Assembly: GCA_964016885.1 (NCBI GenBank)
Contig: OZ024743.1
Coordinates: 264,616,001 to 264,680,000 of the forward strand
Source of the DNA: Eledone cirrhosa
Taxonomy: Eukaryota
Length of the DNA: 64,000 bases
Reading direction: 5' to 3'
The notes beneath the pieces were generated by a model, which ran no database searches, was not told the DNA's origin, and saw nothing but the letters and a program-made list of their open reading frames with translations. A program made the translations under genes and the position numbers. Below, in pieces: positions 54,637-64,000 of this stretch (the first letter of the stretch is position 1; the number at the start of each line of letters is the position of its first letter).

Positions 54637-56169
54637 AGTTGCATTTATCTTGCTTTATGTTCATACGAGTTATCACCAAGTCACAACCAGTGACCTCAAT
54701 AGACAACAAGGTCCGCCATGTTCAAGAAAGAACATACATACTCACACATTCATCTTTAGTGTTTAGACTTGTGATGTACTTATATTGACAGAATCTTCCT
54801 TAGTATATGGGCAGTTCCCATTAGTACTATCTTTTGTATTTCTCCTATACGTGGGTTTCCTGGGATTTGCGATAAGTAATCATTAGACCCCTTAGGTATC
54901 ATTCCCAGAGCGCCTACAACCACTGGTATTGTTTTAGTTCTCAATTTCCATATTTTTCAAATTTCTATCTCCAGGTCCTTATACTTGCTCAATTTTTCAA
55001 ATGTTTTTATAGATACATTCTTGTCTATTGGAACGGACATATCAATTAGCAGGCATACCCTCTTTTTAAAGTCCTTCATTATTATATCAGGTCTATTTGC
55101 ATCTATTTTTCGGTCTGTTTGGATGCTAAAGTTCCACAAGATTGAGATGTGATCTTTTTCAAGTATGGGAGGTGGTTGATGCTCCCACCAATTCTTTTGA
55201 TGGGGCAGGTCAAAATGCTTACACATTATCCAATGTATGTATTGTGCCGCTCTGTCATGCCTGTTTAGGTATTCGGTTGGAGCTATAGGACTGCACATTG
55301 AAATTATATGGTCAATGATCTCTGGTTGTTTTTTGCACACACGGCATAATGGGCTGCATCCAATTTTTATTATGTTGGCTTGGTAATTTTTTGTTGGCAG
55401 ACACTGATCTTGTGCTGATATAATCAGTCCTTCAGTCTCCGATTTCAGTCCAGAGGATGCTAACCACTGAAGGGTTAAAGTTTTGTCAACATCAGGATTG
55501 TTAGCTCGTTCTGGGTATTTTCCATACAGAGGCTTTTCTTGCCATTTCTTAGCCAGTTTCTGTAGCAGTTCTTTCTTTGCAGTTACTTTTACCTGCTTTG
55601 CTTTTTCTGCGTTTTCCATTTCAGCAGTAAATGGGACTTCTGAATTTTGTAGTCCATTACTGTATCTTTGTGCATCTTTTGTAATGGAATATGATCTTTT
55701 GATGCTTTCGTGTTTCAAAACGAGTTTGATCATCCAATCATGTGATTCCCTTAGATATGTAGATAATCCAATTGTTGCAGTTTTCAACGCAATGACTAAC
55801 TGGATTAACCCACGTCCTCCTTCTTTCCTAGGGAGATATATGCTATCTATATCTGGCTTAGGGCGATGCATTCTGTGCATGGTTAAGAATTTTCGAAATT
55901 TTGTATCGAGCCTACGGATCTCTGTTCTTGACCAGTTGATGACATTGTAACTGTAGGTTACTACTGGTAAGGCAAGCGTGTTTATGGCATCGATCCTATT
56001 CCTTGCATTCAATTCCGTTCTTAAGATTGCTCTTACTCTGCGGTAACATTCCTTCCTTATTCTTTCCCTCATTGTCGAGTGCTTGATTCCGTCTCCTTCA
56101 CAAACGCCTAGATATTTGTAAGTTTTTTCTTGATCAAGTTCTCTTATCACGTTCCCCCGATCAAGATTA
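54636..56169 (-). mobile_element. 5'-truncated R4/Dong-like family D2 copy 2
   Basis: Closely matches 7081..8614; ORF 54957..56150; ATT tracts on both sides. Confidence 0.93.
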
Positions 56170-56186
56170 TTATTATTATTATTATT

Positions 56187-59100
56187 GAATGCTATGGTTG
56201 ACGGAGGCTCGGCTCTGTAAGGTATTGTAAATTTTGAACGCTATAACAATTGTAAATTGTTTAAAACTTTAACCGACTTGTAGACAAAAACACCCTCCTC
56301 CTCGTGAGAGGGGTCTTTCTGCCCGTTATTTGGCCCTTCGGGGTTAGATAACTGCTTATTGGGGTTTTGTGCCCAATATTTATTTAAAAAAAAAAAAAAC
56401 AACATGGCTACGAAAAAGAATTTTCATAGGTCACGCCCACTCATTCCGTCTTTTTCTTCCTCAATCGTCACTACAGCAGAGAGAAGATTGTCTCTCTCCC
56501 TCCCTTCTTTAAATGTGTCTCTCTCCCTCCCTTCTCTTTCGCAAGTGACGACAGAAAAGAAAAGTCTCGTGCAAAGCGTACAAAATTTCTCCACGACGAC
56601 GACGACAGCGACGAAACAGGTATGCGGGAAATACGAAAACCCATTTCATTCGTCTGACGTCAGGAATAATAGCAGTAGCAGCCGTAATAACAACAGCAAC
56701 AGTGACAATGAAAACAACAGTAGCAGCCGCAACAGCATCTGCAGCAGCATAAACAACAACAGCATTAACAGCAGCAACAACAACAACAACCACAGCAACA
56801 GCGGCGGTGGCAGTAGTCGTAGTACCTGCAGCAACAACAAAAGTAACAGCAGCTCTGACGACAACAACAACAACAACAACAGCAGCAAAGAAAAACCAAT
56901 CTCGTTTGCAGGTATCGCGAAGAACCTGGAAACAATCCTCATAACAAATGTGGAATTAGAGGAAGCGAAGAAGATGGTGACAAAAACCGGACACCGAGCA
57001 ATCTGCATGGCAGCTGAAAAATTGTTCGAAACCGAACAGCACTGTACGGTCACGTACCGTACAGTAAGTACAAAATCCCGTAGGGTTGAAAGAGCCACAG
57101 AGGCTCAAATACAAAAAGCCTTGGGGTCTCTGTGGCAGCGGAAAACGCACATCACCCGAGGCAAGAAATATGCCACCGTAGACGTACTTTTTGCCACACC
57201 CCAGGAGGCAAAGGCTCAATCCGTAGTGACCCTAAGGAGCGAGGAAATGGTGTTGGTGCCCTCCTGCTGCTGGCAAAAAATTGTGAGGATCAAACTGACC
57301 CACGTCCCCCCTCCGGGATGGCCCCTTCTTGGTTGGCCGCGTCTGTCCTCGTTGGAATCGAGGACAAAACAATTGTACTGCAAGTACAGAAAAAAGTAAG
57401 AGAAGATTGGGTCGGCACCTCCATTGAGATGTTAATCCAAACCAACCAGGAGTGCATCGAAGCTATCCCGGATGTGATAGACTTCATTAACGGCACTCAA
57501 CTGCCCATAAGTGTTGAGGGCAAACGCCCGAAATGCTTTCGCTGTGGATCGAAGACTCACCTCAGGGCCTTCTGCAATGAGAAGACCCTGAGAAAGGAGA
57601 AAACCCCCCTCCTTCCGAAACCGACTCCACGGCTACCAGCAACAGAACAAGCGGCAACCAGGAACGATAGGTCTGTGGCACCCATACCCACGCCACGGAA
57701 ATCAAAAACAGCAGCAGCAGTGGAAATATTAACAACAACAACAGCAATACCAAATGCAGCTGCAACAGAGACTCCAGTGCAAACATCACCAACAACAATA
57801 AGTGAAAGAGTGTAGCTGGTACCCCTACCCGACCTCACAGAATCGGACACGGAGTGTGAGGTGGGAGAGGGATGGCAAAAGGTCGTAAGAAGGCACAAAC
57901 GCAGAAGCAGCGCATCGTCGCCTTTGAAAAGGGAGGAAAGAAATGAAAAAATGGTAAAGTCTACTGGAAAAAGACTCACAGCAGCAACACTACCAACACC
58001 ATCACCACCCACACTAGCACCACCATCACCACCGGCGACAACCCCACCGCCAACAACACCTTCAACACCAACACTACAAGCACAAACATCGCAAACACAA
58101 CAAGAATACACACACACCCAGCAACAACGACAAGAAAATAGCAGAACCACACCCCTCCCCCAGAAAAACAAATGCACGGCAATAAATACACACAACAAGA
58201 AACTAATGACTTACATAATTGAACACACAGACATTTCAGAACACGACTACATAATACCAGCACCAATCAAAACGCCAACTAACATAAGACTGCTAAAAAT
58301 AGCACAGAAACAATACACAAACATTAAAACGAAATTCCCCAACGCAGTTGGTGATTTCAGAGACCTAGGAGGAACTATCAACCGAAGAGTATATTCGGAC
58401 ATACTCATAGAAGAGCCGACCACCAGCCGAAGGGACGATTCAACTGTCCCTTCACCAGACGATCAAGTGAAAAGGGATGGAAAAACCATCCCTCCTCTAC
58501 GAAAACTACGGTAATTGGTCATTACCATCTTTTCCACTCTATTTTAAATATGACCTCACTCAGAATAGGCAGCATAAATGCGCGTGGTTTGGGGTCGTCA
58601 TGGAAGCAGGGTCATCTGCTCAACGACCTCAGGTCACTAAAAATAGATGTAGTGGCCATCAGCGAGACCAGAATCTCCGAAGCACGGGCCTTCGCACCGA
58701 ACTTCGGCGGCTACGATGTGTACGCATCTCCCAGCCGTCCGGGATCGGGGGGGGGGGGGGGTTGCTGTGCTTTTTCGGAGAGGTTTGGATCTCGCCATAC
58801 GGGCCATCTTCCTGGACCCAGAAGGTAAGTTGGTGATGTTGGACGTGACCAGCGGAGACGGGCAAGCTTTCAGGCTAGTGGCCGTCTATGCCCCGACAGG
58901 CATTTCTTCCGGCGTCTGGAGACCTTTCTTGGAACGTCCCACTCTTTAGTGTTAGTAGGCGACTGGAACGGGATCTTAGATGCACGCTGGGAGTGTGTGG
59001 GATTAGCGGATAGGGGTGGAGGGTGCAAGAGCCTAACCAACCTGCTCAGGCATTTTGAACTGTCTGACAGGTACCGATTGGATTTCCCGAATGTGCCAAT

Positions 59101-61587
59101 GTGGACTTGGACAAATCGCATAGGGTCATCCAGATCATATCTAGATAGAGTATTTTGTAGGGAAATAGATAGGTCTAGCATAGGCTGTCCATAATTCAAG
59201 ATAGTCAGCTACACTGTGTGCTTGACTTAGATAGGCTTCATAGGCGAGGACCCGGCTACTGGAAGCTAAACGCGTCCTAACCAGCGCGCAAGGCCTACAT
59301 AGACCGGATTAGCAAACTAGTTAAGCGGGCGTTGACGGGGGCCATCGTCAACAACAAGTGGTGGTTTGCTCTGAAAAGAGCGATTAGAATAGAATCGATT
59401 ATGTTTAGTAAGGTTTTAGAAATAGAGAAAAATAGAGCAGAGGGAGAACTAGTTAGAAAATTAGACGAGGCGCTTAGCAAAGGCATTGCGACCGACGTGC
59501 TTGCGGCGAAATTGGCCCTTGACTAATTCTTCAATGCAAAGCACGAAGGCTGCGTTGTCAGAGCAAGGGTGCGTGCTCTCAGACACGAGGGGACGAAAGC
59601 CGTTCAATGAGCCCGAGTGGCAGAGGCGCGTCGTTGCAACAAAGTCACGATCCGGTCTTTGGTGGACCACGACGGGCGCATGCTACTCGATCCCTGGCAA
59701 ATGTGTGAAGCTTTTCAGCGACACTTCGCTCAGCTGTTCGGGGGAAGCGGTGGGCCGGGTCGAGGGATGGACTTTAGTGTCTACATCGACGGACTGCCGC
59801 GGCTCTCGGCCACTGAGGCGAGGTGTTGCGAAAAGCCGATAACAACCGCTGAAGTAAGGGAGGCAATGACTGGCTGCACAAGGGGTAAATCGCCTGATTT
59901 GTATGGTCTGCCCTATGAACTTTACGTACAGATGCCAGACTTGTTCGGAGACCTTTTGGCGGACGTCTACTGCAACTGGCAACAGAATGGGAGAATTCCC
60001 AGTTCTGTGAGCCGAGGAGCGGTGGCACTGCCGAGAAAAGATCCGAACAAGGGGGATAACATAGATAATTTCCGGCCCATAACTCTGCTAAACACAGAGT
60101 TAATATTTTGGCCAAGGTGCTAGCAAAGAGTTTGGCGCTTGTCGTTGGTGGTCTGGTGGGAGAGGCGCAGACATGCGCCATTCCCGACAGATCCATTCAC
60201 CACAACCTCCACCTCATGCGATACATCGTAGAGAGGGTAGCTAGGGAACCTGGCACGGGTGGGTCCTTGATCAATTTAGAGCAGTCGAAAGCTTTCGATA
60301 GGGTCGACCATCGTTACCTAGCGGCAGTCCTGAGGGCGGCTGGCTTTGGGCCCGTCTTCAGAGGCTGGATCTCTGCCATGCACAGCGACATCTGCTCTGT
60401 GGTGAGAGTGAACGGTCACCTGTCGGAACCGTTCAACATCATGCGCTCGGTCCGCCAAGGATGTCCCCTCTCCTCCCTCTTGTACGTATTGACTCTCGAG
60501 CCATTACTGCACAAACTGGAGACGCTGAGGGGCGTCCCGCACGAACTAGGATGCGTAAGATCCGTGTCAGCATATGCGGACGATGTCACCGTAGTGGTGT
60601 CAAACGCCAAACACATCGAGGCGATCAGGACTACACTAAGAGAATACGAAGCGGTGACAGGAGCAATGATCAACCAGGAAAAGTCAGTGGGCCTGCAGCT
60701 CGGCACCTGGAGAGGCAGGTCCATGCCGTCCAACCGCGTCGTCGGACTCTGGTTAAATTGCTAGGGGTCTGGTTCGGTCCGGACCTCCAGACGGACAAAA
60801 GCTGGGACGAGGTGACGAGCAGGGTGGCTTCTCTCACCCAGAAATGGGCGGAGAGGAAGCTATCCCTGAAAGGTCGAGCGGAGGTGGCTAACGCGTACAT
60901 CACGTCTGTCATCTGCTACCGCCTGACCGTTGTACCTTGTCCTAAGCCTCGCCTGACTGCGCTAGAGCGTTTGCTCTTTCGCTTTTTGTGGAAGGGATGC
61001 GCTCCTATGGTCATGCGATCCATCTGTTGTCAACACCCGCTACGTGGAGGGCTGGGCATGCCGTGGCTGATGATGCGCAGGCACGCGCTCAGGCTACGAC
61101 ATCTCCACCTCTTCCTCGACGGTGATCAGGTGTGGTCGCCGTTTGCTAGACACGTTTTTCCCCAGCTCGTTTCCTTGACGGAGCTGCAGTCCTGGGTCAA
61201 GCGAAGACCGAGAGGGAGCGCCTGGAGAATGGAATGTCTTCAGGCGCTCACAGCCCTCGACCAATCGGGCAATGTGATCGGTGGAAACTCCACCTCGGCG
61301 TTCTATAGAGGATTAGTGGAGGGGAAGAGCGACGACGTACTTGGGGAAACTCTAGGCGTCGACGAAAATCAAATAGCCATTCTCTTCGGAAGAACTTTCG
61401 GGCCAGGGCCTATGGATAACTTCCAGAAATCTCTGGCCTGGCATTGCTACCGTGGAGCATTGTTATTTGTTGTTACATCCTCTGTTTTTGTTTTTTACAC
61501 GCAGAAATGCCCATTTGTACCGTCCTGCATTGTCCTGCACTGTCCTTAATGTCCACTTTATGTAAACCCTTGTGGTTAATAAAGAAA

Positions 61588-61589
<2 letters not shown>
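56187..61589 (+). mobile_element. Tx1-like family A copy 3, intact ends, defective, with deletion near the 3' end
   Basis: Same ends as copy 1; fragmented ORF1 and ORF2; about 600 bp missing at 61460. Confidence 0.95.

Positions 61590-61640
<51 letters not shown>
61590..61640. repeat. (ATT)17 between tandem Tx1 elements
   Basis: Direct reading. Confidence 0.95.
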
Positions 61641-64000
61641 GGCGAACTACGTAGTTAATCGTATCTTTGTAAGCTCCGCAAAAGTTTGTTCTTTTCAGTT
61701 GTTTCAAATTGCCATTTATGGAAAATGTTGTTTGTTAAGTGTTTATAAGTTCACATATATTGCCTTCGGAAAAGGACACTCAAAAATATTGGGGCCTTGA
61801 GCCCAAAATTTAAACTTTTATAATTATAAAACAAAATTTGATTGAAAAGGTCATGGACGACTGACAGCCATACCAGGCTGACAGCCTTCCTCACAAACTA
61901 ACACCTCACACCAACACCACCATTGTAAATATCACTACGTTTGCCAACACTAAAAATATAAGCAGTAGCAATAATTTAAATGTGTCTCATGCAGATATTT
62001 ATTTCCCGCCATTACCAAAAACTGCAGGTGTTAAAGCCGCCACCCCAACCACCACCACAGCGACAACAGAAACAAAAGAAAAAATAAATTATTATCTCGT
62101 GACATCGAAATGGATTCACACAGGATCGACTCTTCCACACCGAACACCACTGATGCCACCACCACCACATCTGAAACTAAAAATAACAATAACAAAAATA
62201 ACAATAACAACAAAAGCAACAACAACAATGAGAATAACAACAAAAACATCAACACCACCGCAAATGTGTCTTTGCCAAAGCTGCAAAGAAATGCGAAACG
62301 ATCGAGGTAACTCAGGAGGAATTAAATGAAGCCGAGAGAATGGTAAAGAAAGATGGGTACAGGGTCAGCCTCACCCCCTCTCACCTAATAAAATGGAGCA
62401 TCGGCGCTTATGCACGGTGTCTTATCGGACGATTAACACAAAATCGCGCCGAGTGGAACGGGCATCCGAGTCCCAAATCCCAAAAGCTTTGGGACATGTG
62501 TTGGCGAAAAAAACCCACATCAGACTAGGGCAAAAATATGGAAGCGTGGACGTGTTCTTTGGAACACCACAGGAAGCCAGAGAACACTCCATGGCCCCAT
62601 TAAGAAGCGACGACTACACACTCGTCCCAAGCTATTGTAGCCAGAGACTCGTGAAGATCAGAGTGACCCACGTTCCACCGGCCATCGAAATTCCCTGGCT
62701 AATGGCTGCTGCCCTCGCCGGCATCGAGGCCAACACCAAAATAATTGAAATATCAAAAGAAATGCAGGAGAACTGGTCCAGATCTCGGATGGAGCTCCTA
62801 ATCCAAGCGGAACAAAAAGCATTGAGGAAATCCCAGAAGTAATAGACCTCACTGACGGCAGCCACCTCACCGTAAACGTCGAGGGTAGAAGGCCTGGGTA
62901 TGTCGTTTGTGGTGAAGGAACCCACCTAAAGGTTCTGCCCTTAGGCTAAAAAGTTGAGGCCACCTCTCTAACCCATCCCAGTGACTCAACCATCAACACA
63001 ACCAGCAGCAGAAATGGCAGCAACAACTGTAGCAGCAACAACAGAAACAACTGTAGCAGCAACAACACCAGCAACAGTAGCAAAACCAACACCACCACGA
63101 CCCACCGCGCCAGGACTAGCACCAGCGCCTCCACCATCCACCACGCCACAGCCCAAACTAACGCATGTGGAGGGTTTTCCACTCCCCGACTTAACGTAAC
63201 TGGAGACAGATTGTGGCGACGAGGAGTGGGAAACTGTATCAGAAAAAAATAAAAAAATAAAAAATCCTCTTCTCCACCTCCAAAAAACTAAATACAGAGG
63301 GAAACAAATAAACTATCAAACAAAAAAGTTAGGACAGCTATGCCACTATCCACACCAGCATCACCAACCCCATCACCACAAATACCAACAGCATCACCAT
63401 CATTAACCCCAACACCGCCATCACCAACACCACAAAAGTCACCAAAAAGCGAAACAGAAACAAACCCACAACAAACGCAAACAAAACAAAACAACCAAAA
63501 CGATACACACTACACAGCATTAAATTTGAACAACAAACATTTATTACACTATATCCAACACAACACCAGCATCACAGAAAAAAACTACACAACACCCCAA
63601 AGGTTCACACCAACTCCACACATACAAATCACTCTCATCACACAGAACACGTACACGTCACTAAAACAAATATTCCCCAAAGACATCGGAGACTTCCGGC
63701 AAGCACTCTCCAGGAGGATTTATAAAGACATCCTTCCGGAGGAGGCTACAAGCAGTGAAAAGTATGGACAAACCATCCTTCCTCCACGAGAATTAAGCTA
63801 AGTGGTCTTTCCCATCTTTTTCCACTCCTTTTCAACATGACCTCACTGAGAAGAGGCAGCATAAATACGCATGGAAGCAGGGCCACCTACTCAACGACCT
63901 CAGGTCACTAAACATAGATGTAGGGGCCATCAGCGAGACCAGAATCTCCGAAGCACGGGCCTTCGCACCGAACTTCGGCGGCTACGATGTGTACGCATCT
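61641..64000 (+). mobile_element. Tx1-like family B, 5' part (diverged 5' UTR and ORF1, family-A-like ORF2 start); runs off the window
   Basis: CTVSYRTINTKSRRVERASESQIPKALG is homologous to family A ORF1; 63801..64000 closely matches 3364..3579. Confidence 0.9.

Noticed and set aside
54636-61589. Right array as a segmental duplication or misassembly of the left array
   Set aside because: Element order, truncation points and private mutations differ

Overview
Eukaryotic, AT-rich, repeat-saturated DNA with no recognisable host gene. The tRNA-SINE families and microsatellite load suggest an invertebrate, probably an octopus (inference). Both ends (1-14.6 kb and 51.4-64 kb) are stacks of non-LTR retrotransposons joined by (ATT)n/(TAA)n tracts. 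In these stacks L1/Tx1-like APE elements always lie on +, and R4/Dong-like RLE elements always lie on -. The middle holds decayed Penelope-like (GIY-YIG) elements, Helitrons, tRNA-SINEs, an RTE fragment and long (AT)n tracts. Those tracts carry several short non-coding fold-back insertions, some with minimal hammerhead ribozyme motifs supported by covariation. All calls come from reading the sequence and the ORF track; nothing was aligned or searched computationally, and identity figures are by eye.
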